Shown here: one piece after another, positions 11,037 to 23,839 of the stretch | Numbering within the stretch: the stretch's first letter is position 1 | How the letters are laid out: every line of letters begins with the position of its first letter | From: Podarcis pityusensis | Lineage: Eukaryota | DNA length: 64,000 nucleotides | Assembly: GCA_964106645.2 (NCBI GenBank) | Contig: OZ067046.1 | Strand: one strand, 5' to 3' | Translations under genes and position numbers: made by a program | The notes under the pieces: model-generated | The model's database searches: none | What the model saw: the letters and a program-made list of their open reading frames with translations, nothing else | Told to the model about the DNA's origin: nothing

Positions 11037-11730
11037 AAGGTGACACCCTGCAGCACTGACATTAGCATTGGATGGGATATAAACAGCTATAATAATTATG
11101 ACAGTTACTTCTCTAGGCAAATAAAATGGCCGACATGTAACTGCCATCAATTCTAGATCTGGGGAGCAATACGTGTAAGCTACTTTGTTGTTAACGCACC
11201 AACCATTGTGTATGTAAATACAAACTCCTCCACCCCTAGCTTTACCAGAATCACTGTTTCTATCAGAGTGATAAATTATTTATCAGCTCAACTGCCGCAT
11301 CCGGTACTGCTGAATGTAGCCAAGTTTCTGTAATAATTACCACACATCTCTCACAAAGAAGCTTGTTTGCTGCCATCAGCAACTGTAATTCGTCAATTTT
11401 GTGGACGAGAGATCTGATGTTGGCCAGGAAGACGCTTGGCAGTGCTGGTCTGGTGGGTCTTTTTCGAAGCCGGGTTAACAGACCAGCTCTGCAACCACGT
11501 TTTTGCTTTCACTCTTTTCTCTTTCGCTTCCTTCAGCACTTCCCCCTCCCGTCGACAATCCATAGAGATCCTGGAGGTCTTACTATGCAGTTTGGTATAC
11601 AGTGGGACCTTTGAAACTCTCTAGTTATCTCTATTTTTCTTGTGAGCCCGATGTTTACCAGTTTTGTGCGTGAGTAGGTGAGGTATTGGGAGCTCAGAGC
11701 CGCAGCTTATGAGCGCGCCGCCATCTTGGA
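11037..11730 (-). mobile_element. Rex1/Babar LINE 5' fragment (5'UTR plus APE endonuclease N-terminus)
   Basis: Starts CAAGATGGCGG. Translates KQKRGCRAGLLTRLRKRPTRPALPSVFLANIRSLVHKIDEL...TETWL, then after a frameshift near 11275 DRNSDSGKARGGGVCIYIHNGWC...CSPDLELMAVTCRPFYLPRE...AVYIP. These are characteristic Rex1/Babar motifs. Confidence 0.85.
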
Positions 11731-12710
11731 ACTGAATGCCTGAAACTTGGGAAGAGAAAGTAAGATTGATGACTGAAATCTGTGTTGAATTGCTGGCAAG
11801 TACATCAGTTAATTCTGTGGCAGGCAGACACAAATCACCCCACATGAAAAGGTATGTTACAACTGTTGCAAATGTTTTGTGTGTGCAGTCTTACATACAA
11901 TACTAGGTGAGCAGCATCCCAGATGGAAAAAGGGGTGTGACAATCAGCAGCATCTAGCAAAACATCACCATACATGTAAGAAAATTCCCCACCCACACAA
12001 TGTGCTACCATTGCACATTTTCCAGTGAATTCCAGAATGTGAACCACTGATATTGGGTCTACACTTAACTGTTGCCACTCCAATTGAGGCCTTCTCCAGC
12101 AGAATTACAGCCTGAAGCTGTATGGTGGACTTGAATCTACTTTCCCTTCAGCAATGGGAACTTCCGCTACCTTCCCCAATGTAATTCAGGCAGCATTTTT
12201 TGATACTCAGCAGAACTTCACAGCTGCCCAATGACACACCCAAAAGTATTTTAAATGGTTTGTCTTCACCACTTGCCAAAGGCAGAGAAATGGAAGACCA
12301 GTAATGAAAATGGTGGATAACTTTCAGGGCAGCAAGCACATCCACCAACAATTATTAAGGAAAAGTTGAAATGGGAAAGTAGAAAAACTTTTTTTTTCAG
12401 GCTTAAGTCACTCCTAGCAATTCCTATGATGATGGTGCAATGCTACAGCACACCACAATCACCAGTACACAGATAGCAGAATAACCTCAGCTCTGGAAAA
12501 GCATGAAATGAACAGGCAGAAATAATAGGTGGGGTACAGATTAGCCTTTGTGGGTGCTTCTAGATGGATTATAGGATTGGTGTTCCTCATGCATGGACAT
12601 TTTCTGCACATGGGATCATAGTCCTAAAAGTGACAGACTGATATTTATTTATACCAACCAATATTTACTGATGCTATTGTATTATTATTTTTTAAAATAA
12701 TAATACATGG

Positions 12711-12712
<2 letters not shown>

Positions 12713-12742
<30 letters not shown>
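12713..12742. repeat. (GT)n microsatellite
   Basis: Read directly from the sequence. Confidence 0.95.
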
Positions 12743-12745
<3 letters not shown>

Positions 12746-13559
12746 AATGAAAGTGCAGCATAGCAATATTTAAATGAATAGTTTTAAATATTAAGCTCTT
12801 GTCTGCAAGCAACTTGCATCAAGCGGCACACGCAAAAACCAATGTTGCTCAGCTGCAGGAGAAAAGCAGAATGTCTGTGCAGACGGGTCCAAGGCACAAT
12901 CAACAAGTGGGATATAAATCCCTAAATCTAAATTATGTGAAATTTAAAGCATTTTAAACCCCCTGAAGGAACAGCGCCACCTTTCTCATTTAAAATGGAA
13001 CAGAGATTTGGCCCACGAGGAAAAACCCCACGAGGGGAGATTTAAAGGGCCCAAAAAAACCCTGAATTCTCCGCATCAACGTTGAACAGCTGGGCGGTCT
13101 TTCTCAGCCCTCTCGGGGCTCCCGAGGACAGAACAAAGATTGATGTCCACCTTGACCACTCCCAGAGAGAGGAAGCGACTTCTTCGCACCAATAAGCGTG
13201 TGGGGAGGGCGGAGCTTTGACCACCTCGGCGTGCCGATTGGCCGGACAGCCTTGGCACATAGGCTTGGAGCGGGGGCCTTACCGCCGAAGTAGCCACTGA
13301 GGATGAAGGCGGGAGGCGGGCACGGGAGAGCGACGCTTCGCTTGGCCAACGAGCCGCCGGGATGCCTGTTCCTGTTTGAGAGGAACGTGCCAATGAGGGT
13401 GGCGTTAGGGCGGGGAGAAAGAAGGAGCTGGGTTTTGCGAGTTATCGAGAGAGAGAGAGAGAGGGGAGAGTCGGGATAATAAAGGCGGCGGGAGGCGGCG
13501 GCGATTGGAGCCGTTCTGAGCGGCCACTGTCGGGCGGAATCCTTTTCAAAGCGGCCGCG

Positions 13560-13737
13560 CGGAGGGCGGAGCGGGCGGGCCAGGCGTCGCCGTGACGGGA
13601 GGGCGGGGATGGTCGCCGACGGGATGAAGTAGAGCTGCTTCGGGGCGGCGGCGGCGAAAACGTCCGGGCTGCTTCTGAAACCTCCGCCAACCGGGGCGAG
13701 GAGAAAGCGCCTCAGGAGCGTCGCCACCACTAAGCAG
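13560..13737 (+). other. FRYL: FRYL non-coding exon 1 (5' end approximate), containing uORF MVADGMK* (13609-13632)
   Basis: Donor CAG|GTATGG at 13737/13738, downstream of the CCAAT/GC boxes. Gene identity comes from the exon at 49383. Confidence 0.65.
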
Positions 13738-13955
13738 GTATGGAAACCTGAGGAGCCGAGAGAGAGAGAGAGAGAGAGATTGTGGTTTGAGCGCCATTCG
13801 CGAGGGGTTCTGTGGCGGCGGCGGTTTCCCGGTCCCAACGGAAACGGAGCCGCCGCCGCGAGACCCTCTCTGGAAACGAGGCCGGGCGCGCGCGCGAGCA
13901 ACGGCTTCTTTCCCTCAGGCTGCTGCTGTGAGGCGCTTTTGTTTATAGCCGAGGG

Positions 13956-14005
13956 GCGTGTGTGTGTGTGTGTGTGTGCGCGCGCGCGCGCGCGCGTGCG
14001 TGCGT
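13956..14005. repeat. (GT)n-(CG)9 alternating purine-pyrimidine tract (Z-DNA-prone)
   Basis: 50 bp of uninterrupted alternation, including nine consecutive CG dinucleotides (13979-13996). Confidence 0.9.
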
Positions 14006-14399
14006 TCTTAGCGGCGGTTCTCCTCCTTCCACCCGCGGGAAACCGAGGAAGAAGGGAGACCGCGGGTTCTCGATCTCCCGCCCTTTCTTTCCCAGAGCAG
14101 GTAGCGGGTTCGTCGGGCGTTTCGCGGAGGAGAAAGCGCAGCTGCTAGGAGGAGAGCGGGGAGGCCGGGCCGGGGGAGGGGGTCGACCGCAGCGAGGCTT
14201 CGGGAGCTGCCTGCCTGCCCGGGAGGGAGCTCCTTTCTTTCTTTTTTCTTTCTTTCATCCTCCCTTCCCCTCCCGCGAGGGAGGCACCCACGCAGCCAAC
14301 TTTCTCGTAAGTGTCGCTCGGCGGGGCGCTTCTAGCCCTGCTTCCTTCAAGAGATGGGGAAAGAGACGCGCGCGCAGGCAAAAAAACCCTGTAACCTGA

Positions 14400-15195
14400 G
14401 GATGTGGGTGTCTTCTCTGGCGATCACTCGTAGCCGATTGTCTTCCACGAACACGGTCTTAACAGCGAGTCCGTAAGTGACCGTGGAGGCCAATTCTGGA
14501 TCCACACGTCCTTCCACAGTGGGGACATAGGTTTCTGGGCGGGAGTTGATCACGGTGAGGGTTTGCCAAGCGTGCCTTCCTCTTAGCACGTTTCCATTTT
14601 TAAGTTCGGAATAGAGTACAGTAGTTGTTTTGGAAGATGATCATCAGGCATCTGCACATGACGACCAGTCCAACGCAGTTGATGTAGAAGAATCATCGCT
14701 TCAACACTGGGGATCTTTGCTTCTTCCAGTACGCTGGCATTAGTTCACCTGTCTTCCCAAGTGACGTGTAGAATTTTTTGGAGACACTGTTGATGGAATC
14801 TTTTGAGGAGTTGGAGATGGCGTTTATATGTGGTCCATGTTTCACAAGCGTACAGTAAGGTTGGTAGTACAGTAGCTTTGTGAACATACATTTTGGTTTC
14901 CCTGCGAATATCCTCAAACACTCTGTGCTTCAGTCAGGAGAAAGCTGCACTTGTAGAGCTCAGGCAATGCTAGATTTCGGCATCAGTGTCGGCCCTTGTG
15001 GAAAGATAACTGCCTAGGTAGAAGAAGTGATTGACACTTTCCAACGTTACACCACTGGGTTGGGTTTGTGGCGCTGCAGAGGGGTTGGTTTGTGCCTAAG
15101 GATGTGGGTGTAACCACTCTTCGGCTCTCTGTTTGCCCCTGCGGAGTTCAACACCTGAGCCCAGCTGCTCCCCTTTGGTGCCTCGAAGGAGGCTA
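14400..15195 (-). mobile_element. RTE-clade LINE remnant, internally deleted
   Basis: Minus-strand pieces VLPTLLYACETWTTYKRHLQLLKRFHQQCL, QLRWTG..MPDDHLPKQLLYSEL and C-terminal CPHCGRTCGSRIGLHGHLRTRC*. The 5' boundary is approximate. Confidence 0.85.
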
Positions 15196-17249
15196 TGTAA
15201 TAGGGTTGCCATAGTTCACACAGCTACAATCTGGACAGAAAAGCTGGAGGTGGGGGGGCAAAGTTGTTGAGCTTTCTTTCATTTTGCCCAAAGCTGTTGA
15301 GGTGTGGTGTTTTTGGTTTGTTTTTTGAAAAATCACTAAAAATAAATAAATGCTGTTTTTGAGCTATTTTTGTGGGGAAGCGGCACTGCCGACATGGGCT
15401 GACGTACAGTCAGATTTTTTGCAGATTTCTGCCCAGACTGCTGCCGACTGCAGTATTCTGAAGGTATCCAGGAAAATCCAGACTTACGACAACTGTACTA
15501 CTTTTTTTTTCCAAATTTTTAAAATTAATTTTCCAAATTATTACAAATCAAACCAATTGAATTAATTTAATGCAATTTCTTAAAATCAGGTTTCCTGCTC
15601 TGGTTCCAAGCATATGATCATTATTTCCTTGCATAGCCGCATCGTTTCTTACTTAGATTGAGTCCAGTTGACATCCTTCACTTGCTGTTAAACCATTCTT
15701 CCAGCTGGCCGCTTTTTCCACTTTACAAACAGCACCTCCGTTACATCTTACATGACAACCCCACTACATGATAGCTGTGGGAGTTACACTTCGGCTTGCT
15801 AGTGGGTGTGAAGTCCAAGGGGGTGACAGGTGGCAGGCAGGTCACTGTTGCTGAAAGGAAGGGTGCAGAGTGTGAGCATATGCCTATGCCAGCACAAGAT
15901 GCCTTTGGTTCAGTCCCCGGTGCCCCAGGTAGTGCAGGGAGAATTTTCCCTCTGAAACCCAAGCTACCCTTTGCCCATATAAAATGAAAACTGGCTCCAG
16001 GATCTGCCATGGTGGAGCATTGCTGCTTTCTCAGTGGGTTCCTGGAAAAGAAACATTCTGTTGTGCTAGCAAGCCTCATGACAGTTAAATGAAATGTAAG
16101 GCACCTTTAGGGATGTTTGAAGATTTCCAAATATGGGCTTGAGAAGCTTGTTTTGAATTGGAATTAACTAATCCCTGATCTCATGGCTGTGACATGGCTG
16201 TGTAGTGGACAGTGGGGGCTAGTTTCTTGATCTTAATTCAACTTGTACACAAATAGGAATAGCAAGCAATATGTTGATATTTGTGTCAGAAGTTCTGTTG
16301 GGCAATCTTATGTGATCTTCATATAATACATGGTACATAGAGAAACACAAATCAAAGGAGTTGAAGTTTGGCTAGAAAAGCAAGTGTTTTCTTGAGACTG
16401 CTGATTTTTGTTTTTTCTAGGATCTATTGTAAAGCGCCCTCATCTTGGGAATACAAATTACACATTCCAGATGCAAACTTTTTGTACTGATGCCCATTGT
16501 TTTCAGGTCACATAAGTAGCACATTTTCTTTTCCTCCCCTTGTATTTTGCAAGCTTCACATGTGTTGGAGAGCTTAAGCCCTTCTCCTGTCCCCTTTGCT
16601 TTGCTCAGTTTGCTGGGACTGCCAGGGCTCTGATCAAAAGTTCAGAAGGAAGTGACACATGGCCTCAGAGGCTGAAGAAAGTTAATTTGTCTGTGAGATA
16701 CTGCAGATGAACTATTGAAACAGGAAGAGTTATTACCCAATAACATACTATTTAACGCTGAGCATTTTGTACTACAAGCAGTGGCAAATGGCATAGGAAT
16801 AATCCATGTTATTTGTTACTTCTGTACTTGTAAACAAACACATCTGAAACAAAGTATCCAGACAATAAGCGCTACAGTAAGCACAACCTGGTTTGTACTC
16901 TGGTGGACTTTCCTTTCCCCAAGTATGCTACTATATTGCAATACTTCACTACTATTGTAACTTACATAGGTTTATGTAGAAAAACATCAGAATCTCCATA
17001 GATGGTTAGAGAGCACCAAGTGTTGGAAAACTGCAGAGATACTTATATTCTCCTGCTGTTGTTGTTTTTGGTATGTGGAGATGGGGAAGAAACTACTGGA
17101 GATAAAAACTACAAATTGCTCTTCTCTAATGTCATCTGATATAGATATGTAGTTGCTTTAATATAATTTTCTTCCTCTTCTGTTAAATTAAGGCCATTGA
17201 GGAGAGGAAGAAAAGAAGCCTTGTTTAGACCAATTATTTTAAAGAATTT

Positions 17250-17628
17250 TTGAGTCATTAAAGCCCTAAATGGCTTCAGCCTGAAGGAGTGTCTCCCCGC
17301 CCCGCCCCCATTGTTCAGCCCAGATACTGAGGTTCAGCTTCTGGCGGTTCCCTCATTGTGAGGTTACAGGGAACCAGGTACAGGGCCTTCTCAGTAGTGG
17401 CACCCGCCCTGTGGAATGCACTCCCATCAGATGTCAAGGAAATAAACAACTATCCAACTTTTAGAAGACATCTGAAGGTAGCCCTGTATCAGGGATTTTT
17501 TTTATGTCTGATGTTTTACTATTTTTTATATATGCTGTAAGCTACCCAGAATGTCTGGGGAAACTCAGCCAGATGGGCGGGGTATAAATAATAAAATTAT
17601 TATTGTTATTATTATTATTATTTATTAA
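17250..17628 (+). mobile_element. L2-clade LINE 3' fragment
   Basis: RAFSVVAPALWNALP...FRRHLK C-terminal motif with (ATT)n tail; same family as 19501-20830. Confidence 0.85.
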
Positions 17629-17740
17629 AAGATGATAGTACATTGTTAATAAGGTTTAAATGAAAGAATACATATAAAAACACATTCAATGCATATAACA
17701 ACCCTTTTCTATGGTCTTCTGATTTCAAGCCAGTAGTCTA

Positions 17741-17969
17741 CAGTCGTACCTTGGATCCCAAACGCCTTGTGAGTCGAACGTTTTGACTCTTGAATGCCAC
17801 AAACATGGAAAGGAGTGTTCTGGTTTGCAAACATTCTTTGGAATCCAAACATCTGACGTGACTTCTGCGGCTTCTGATTGGCTGCAGGAGCCATGCCTTG
17901 GTTTCCAAAAGTTTTGGAAGTCAAACAGAATTCCGGAATGGATTCCGTTCAACTTTCAAGGTACCACTG
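17741..17969. mobile_element. Tigger-like MITE, family B
   Basis: CAGTCGTACCTTG...CAAGGTACCACTG TIRs with TA TSD. Confidence 0.85.
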
Positions 17970-19280
17970 TAATTGTAAACTTTAGAAATAAACTTAAATA
18001 GATTTAAAATCTAAAAGCCATGACGGGTAAAGGAATTGGGCCTGGGACAGTGCAAATCCACCCAGAATACATAATCTTCATAGTCTATTCTATCACCTGC
18101 CAAAAACAGTCTTGTATGGCCTAAGTTTCAGGTGGTTTCTCTTGATCCGGTCATTATTTTACTGAACACCTACAGACCTGGTTTACATGTCAGATTAACC
18201 ATAGTTAGTGCTTCTGGATGCTGCTCAAAAGTATCAGCACAGTGTGGCCATGAGTGGGAGAGGAGTGAAACGGAGGTGTTACAGCAGCATGCACATGCTG
18301 CTTGTTTAAGTTTAAACCATAGTTAATATTAACTATGATTTAATGTGGCTTGTAGACAGAGCTATTGTCACATCTGAAGTTGATGGAAAGTTGGAATTTG
18401 AGCTGCTGCATTGTGATGAAACTTCACATTCATTCAAAACCTGCAAATGAGTTATTACACAGTTTCATATAACAATTAGAGGGCAAATAATAAATATCAT
18501 GAAGGACCTAAGTGGATCCCTCTGACACTTGCACCAAAAATACCCTGAGGTGCCACAGTAGTTCTCCCAACCATCTAGAATTGTTTTGTCAGATAGGATC
18601 AGAACCACTAGAGTATGGCAGCAAGAGGTGATGAGAGGTCTAGGACAAGTTAACACTTCTGCTTCCTCTTTCCCATAAAGGAGCTTGCCCACTAGTATGA
18701 CTAAAGCTGGACTAGTGATGAGGTTGAGATGGTTTCGAGATTTTTGTTTGTTTGTTCCAGGAGTGTCTAGAATTGCATTGGGGCCCAATGAGTTCCCCAA
18801 AGGTTTCAGTATAAACTTCATAAACTGGCTGGATATAGTAGTGAAAATGTTAGGCTATTGATGGGTATGTTACAACTGGTTACCATAGTTGTTATATATG
18901 AACCCCTACAGTGTACGTTGCATGTAAGCCCTATATGTAGTCTGCTATGTGATTTTCATGGTTTATTTGTGATTTCCTTCTGCCCACATTGTTCTTTGCC
19001 TTTTGGCATAGTTGGTAGTGACTATCTTGAGCGAGCAGTCCTTACAGTCAGCTTGTCATATGCTTAACCTGTGAGAATGTTCTCAGAAGGGAAAATGTCA
19101 GGGTGGGGATGGTGGTTTTTCTACTCACAACACTTTGAATGCTCCCAATTCTGTGTTACAGTCTCAACAGTACAGTGTTTTTCTTTGTTTCCTTCCTGTG
19201 GCCCCGCACCCCGTCCTACCAGTAGAAAGGTAGCTTTTAAAATGTTTTGTTTGTAAACAGAACATGCTTATAAATAGAAC

Positions 19281-20874
19281 CAAGCAGTTCAAAAGCACAC
19301 CCGTGCAAGTAGATAAATAGGTACCTCTGGGGTGGGAAGGTAAATGGCATATCTGTGTGCTCTGGCTTCTGTCACCATCCTCCATGTGCCAGAAGTGGTT
19401 TAGTCATTCTGGCCATGTGTCCTGGGAAGCTGTCTGTGGACAAACGCCGCCTTCCTCGGCCTGAAAAGCGAGATGAACGCTGCACCCCATAGTCACATTT
19501 GGATCCTTTCCAGTTGGGATTCAGGCATCATCATTCAACTGAAACTCCTTGGTTGCGCTGGTCGATGATCTCTGGTGGGCTAGGGACAAAGGCGAAAGCT
19601 GTTTCCTAGTTCTGCTGGATCTCTCAGCAACCTTTGATACAATCAATCATGGCATCCTTCTGGACCGTCTAGAGGGGCTGGGAGCTGGGGGCACTGTTAT
19701 ACAGTGGTTCTGCTCCTTCCTCCTGGGCTGTGTCCAGAAAGTGGTGTGGGGAGATGAGTGTTCGGACCCCTGGGCTCTCATTTGTGGGGTGTCTCAGGGT
19801 TCCATCCTCTCCCCCATGCTTTTTAACATCCATAAGCCTCTGGGAGAGATCATCAGGGGATTTGGGCTGCGTGTTCATCAGTATGCGGATGATACCCAGC
19901 TCTACCTCTTTTTTAAATCGGAACCAGTGAAGGTCCTGTGTGAGTGTCTGCAGGTGGTTGGAGAATGGATGTCGGCTAACAGATTGAGGTTGAATCCTGA
20001 CAAGACAGAAGTACTGTTCTTGGGGGACAGGGGGCGGGTGGGTGTGGGGGACTCCCTGGTCCTGAATGGGGTAACTGTGCCCCTGAAGGAGCAGGTGCGC
20101 AGCCTGGGAGTCATTTGGACTCACAGCTGTCCATGGAGGTGCAGATCAATTCTGTGTCCAGGGCAGCTGTCTACAGCCCCATCTGGTGCACAGGCTGAGA
20201 CCCTACCTGCCCGTGGACTATCTTGCCAGAGTGGTGCATGCTCTGGTTATCTCCTGCTTGGACTACTGTAATGAGTTCTACGTGGGGCTACCTTTGAAGG
20301 TGACCTGGAACCTATAATTAATCCAAAATGCAGCAGCTAGACTGGTGCCTGGGAATGGCTGCTGAGACCATATAACGCCAGTTCTGGAAGACCTACATTG
20401 GCTCCCAGTACATTTCAGAGCACAATTCAAAGTGTTGGTGCTGACCTTTAAAACCCTAAACAGCCTTGGCCCAGTATACATGAAGGAGCGTCTCCACCCC
20501 CACCATTCAGCCTAGACACTGAAGTCCAGCTCTGAGGGCCTTATGGCAGTTCCCTCCAAGTGAGAAGTGAGGTTACAGGGAACCAGGCAGAGGGCCTTCT
20601 CGGTAGCGGCACATGCCCTGTGGAACTCCCTCCCATTAGATGTCAAGGAAATAAACAACTATCTGATTTTTAGAAGACATCTGAAGGCAACCCTGTTGAG
20701 GGAAGTTTTTAGTGTTTGATGTTTTATCATGGTTTTAATATTCTGTTGGAATCCGCCCAGAGTGGCTGGGGAGGCCTGGCCAGATGGGTAGCATATAAAT
20801 AATAAATTATTAGTAAAAAATAATAATATTATTTGTCTGGACTTAACCGTCCAGGAGTTCTTTACCTTTTTACC
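19281..20874 (+). mobile_element. 5'-truncated Sauria SINE split by an L2 insertion
   Basis: SINE body 19281-19500 resumes at ~20836 and ends in the ACCTTT tail; flanked by tagaac at 19275-19280 and 20875-20880. Confidence 0.8.
19501..20830 (+). mobile_element. 5'-truncated L2-clade LINE with reverse-transcriptase remnant
   Basis: ORF 19549-20271 has LVLLDLSATFDT, GVSQGSILSP, QYADDTQLY and LRLNPDKTE; frameshifted C-terminus; (AAT) tail. Confidence 0.92.
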
Positions 20875-21305
20875 TAGAACATGTTTTATTTATAATTTTT
20901 ATAATTTATACAAAATGCAATTACATAAAGTCATAGGAACATAATGAAATATTGTTGCAGCAGAAAAACATGTAATCATAGAATCACAGAGCTGGAAGGG
21001 TCATCTTTTAGTGCAACCCCCTGCAATGTAGGAAACTCAGCTAAAACATCCATGACAGATGGCCACCCAATCTCTGCTTGGAAACCTCCAAGGTAGGAGA
21101 GTACAGAACCTTCCAAGGGAGATCCATCTTCCATGTTTTATAAAATGTAAACAACTCTTATTTGACCCCAGTTATCTGACACAGATACAGTCCAAAAGGA
21201 GCACAGGGAATTGTGTATATATGGGAGAATTTTAAGAAGCAAGTGATCCTCACTAACCTGGTGCAAAAAGATCTTGTCGTCTGGAGGAGGCCTGACTGCC
21301 TAGAT

Positions 21306-21521
21306 CAGTGGTGTCCAGACTTTTTTCAAAGAGGGCCAGATTTGATGAAGTGGAGGACTTTTTTAAAAATTGAAGTTGTTGAGCTTTTTTATGATTCTCC
21401 CCCCCCCCAAGTTGTTGAGCTTTTTTACAATTTAACCCCAGGAAATAAACTCCCACTGGGGCTGGATTGTACCGACCAGCGGGCTGGATTAGGCCCCCGA
21501 AATGGACTTTGGACATGCCTG
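21306..21521. mobile_element. hAT MITE
   Basis: CAGTGGTGTCCA...TGGACATGCCTG termini; 8-bp TSD gcctagat/gcttagat. Confidence 0.8.
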
Positions 21522-21625
21522 GCTTAGATAAAACACTATAGCGCCGCACACCCTTACTTAGTAGTAAGACCCACTGAACTCAGTACAGCTTTCTTCTAAT
21601 CAGGAAAAAATTCCACTGCCCAGCT

Positions 21626-22800
21626 TGTCAGGCTGCCACTTCCTGCGGGTCCCTCTGGTCAGCAAAAGGAGTCTCCAGCCAAGTTACAGAAGCAAATCGG
21701 CAGACAGTAGACCGGATCTTTATTTGTTGCAGCAAAGGTTTAAACACCAAAGAGGAAGAACCCTGAGCATGGAGTTGCATGAACTTTTAAGACTTTCCCC
21801 CTTTCCCCATAATACATTTCCATCAATACATCACAGATATGTCACAGTAGAGGCATGGTTGGCATGGAGAAACATGTGTCACCCATCCTAGTTCCCAACA
21901 CCTTTAACGTATCTGCTTTCCCAAGAATAATAAAATTATTTACACATTTCTCTGGCCTCCAGGCTTTCCTGTTTGTGAGCTTTCAAAGGATCTAGTCTCA
22001 ATCCACTACCAATGGATTTCTATCTGGAACATTGTTGCTCATGAACACCTCCTGCCCCCTACTGTGGGGTTTGATTTCACACCTTGTGGAGGAGTGAGGA
22101 GCATTTGACCATATGCTCAGGGGATTATGGAGGAAGGCAGTAGCTTGGATCCGCCTTCCCTTTAGGAGTAATACACCATAGAATTGAGAGAATCGGACAA
22201 ACCATTGATTTCATATGAATTTTTGAAGTTTTGGTATGTTTTAGGGAATAGTCAGGCTTGTTGTCCTGGCCTTAGTTTGAGGCTGTGATGGGCATTTCAA
22301 ATTTTCAAAGTATCACAACTGCCCCCCCCTTTGGTTTTAATACTTTTGAGTAGACACTTAGTTATTTACTAGATGCAAGTCAGCAGCACCAGATGACCGC
22401 ACTCGGCTAGGCACTGGGGTGGATTTCACCCTGTGCCTTGGAGAGCTGGGCCGATGCTGCCAATGGGCCCTGTGCCCCTCAACAACATCCAAAGGCCCTG
22501 ATCCACTAGGTGCTGGGGTGGATTGTGCTCTGAACCTTCCAGAATAGGGCCCAGGCTGCCACTGGGCCCAGCACTGATCTAGCAGGTCCTAATGCTAGCA
22601 GAGGCAATGGCATACTTGGGAGGGCAGGTTTAAGGAGCACTTTTGGGCCTTCAGGGTAACGAAAGCACTTGGGCACATGATAGACTAATTCAGCAGTCAT
22701 GTGTATTAGCCAATAAAAGTTATGACATATGTAAATGATAATGAATGATAGCCAGTATTTGAGTATTTGGATAACACCCACAGATTCCAGAAGGATCACT
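21626..22800 (-). mobile_element. ERV 3' end: LTR (21626-22317), polypurine tract and short internal remnant (inner boundary approximate)
   Basis: Minus-strand LTR TGTGATAC...CCTGACA with AATAAA, directly preceded by AAAGGGGGGGGCAGT (PPT-like). No TSD at the LTR ends. Related to the LTR at 58538. Confidence 0.65.
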
Positions 22801-23162
22801 ATGTTAGTCTAGCAGCCACAAGAACAGAGAGCCTTAAAAGTGCTTTTTAAGACCACCACTATTTATTGGGGCATTGTTACAAACTAGAATCAATGTCATT
22901 AGATGCATGAAATGCTATCTTCAGTTGATGAGTGTATACAGATGGGGGTGGGGGTGGTGGGCTTAAATGATGCATAGGGTATTGGTGTTTTTAATAGCAC
23001 TCTTACTTAAAGAATTTGGAAATTGGGATGGTAGTGAGATTCTATGAAGAGAGTGAGCACGATTTTTAATCCTCTATTTAATCCAAGCATTGCATTTATT
23101 TCCCTTTTCATGAAACAGTGTGGCCACAACTGGCCAATAGCTGCATATACGTATAAAGCATA

Positions 23163-23601
23163 CCGTATTTTTCGCCCTATAGGACGCACTTTTTCCCCTC
23201 CAAAAATGAAGGGGAAATCTGTGTGCGTCCTATGGAGTGAATGCAGACTTTCGCTGAAGCTTGGAGAGCGAGAGGGGTCGGTGCGCACCAACCCCTCTCG
23301 CTCTCCAGGCTTCAGGAAGCTATCAGCAAGCCTGGGGAGCCCGCGGGAGTTCCCGCAGGGCTCCCTAGGCTGTGGATAGCAGCCTGCTGCCCGGAGCGCA
23401 GGGCGCGCTGAAGCAGAGTGCCCCGCGCTTTGGGCAGATATCCTTTTCTCCTCTAAAAACTACGGTAGGTGCGTTTTTAAAAGCTCGGGCTTCCCCAGCC
23501 CCGCGGCTGGGGGGGGGATGATAATTTTTTTCCCTTTATTTCTCCCCCAAAAAACTAGGTGTGTCCTATGGGCTGGTGTGTCCTATAGGGCGAAAATACG
23601 G
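23163..23601. mobile_element. Tc1/mariner (pogo/Tc2-like) non-autonomous element
   Basis: TIR CCGTATTTTTCGCCCTATAGGAC / GTCCTATAGGGCGAAAATACGG with TA TSD; CpG-rich interior. Confidence 0.9.
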
Positions 23602-23839
23602 TATATCTTTTAGGCTGGGGTAGTATCCTCTCAAGTTTAGGAAAGTGCACACATCAGTTAAGTTATAGATTAGCCATTCCAATCTTGGGTCCGTAGGGTT
23701 GGTTATACTACAACTCGCATCATCCCTGGCCACTGCCCTGATGGCTAGGGATGATGTGAGTTGAAGTCCAGCGCCATATGGGGACCTAAGGTTGAGAAGG
23801 TCTGCTCTGCAGTGTTTCACAACTGGGGGGGGGGGGGCA

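Larger units (their letters stand above)
13100..14390 (+). promoter_or_regulatory. FRYL: CpG-island promoter of FRYL
   Basis: Dense CpG. CCAAT/ATTGG boxes at 13189, 13237, 13390 and 13504; GC boxes near 13205 and 13408; (GA)n tracts near 13447 and 13757; donor at 13738. Confidence 0.85.

Noticed and set aside
13042-14399. Overlapping ORFs up to 265 aa across CpG island 2
   Set aside because: Same GC artefact; they read through microsatellites and across the splice donor.
16421-16506. Possible extra 5'UTR exon
   Set aside because: The acceptor is good but the donor (GTCACA) is poor; unsupported without RNA data.
19549-20271. 240-aa RT ORF as a host gene or novel retroelement system
   Set aside because: Ordinary 5'-truncated, frameshifted L2 copy with several sibling fragments in the window.
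22800-22915. Second Penelope-like pLTR remnant as a ribozyme
   Set aside because: Too decayed; no intact CUGANGA/GAAA core.
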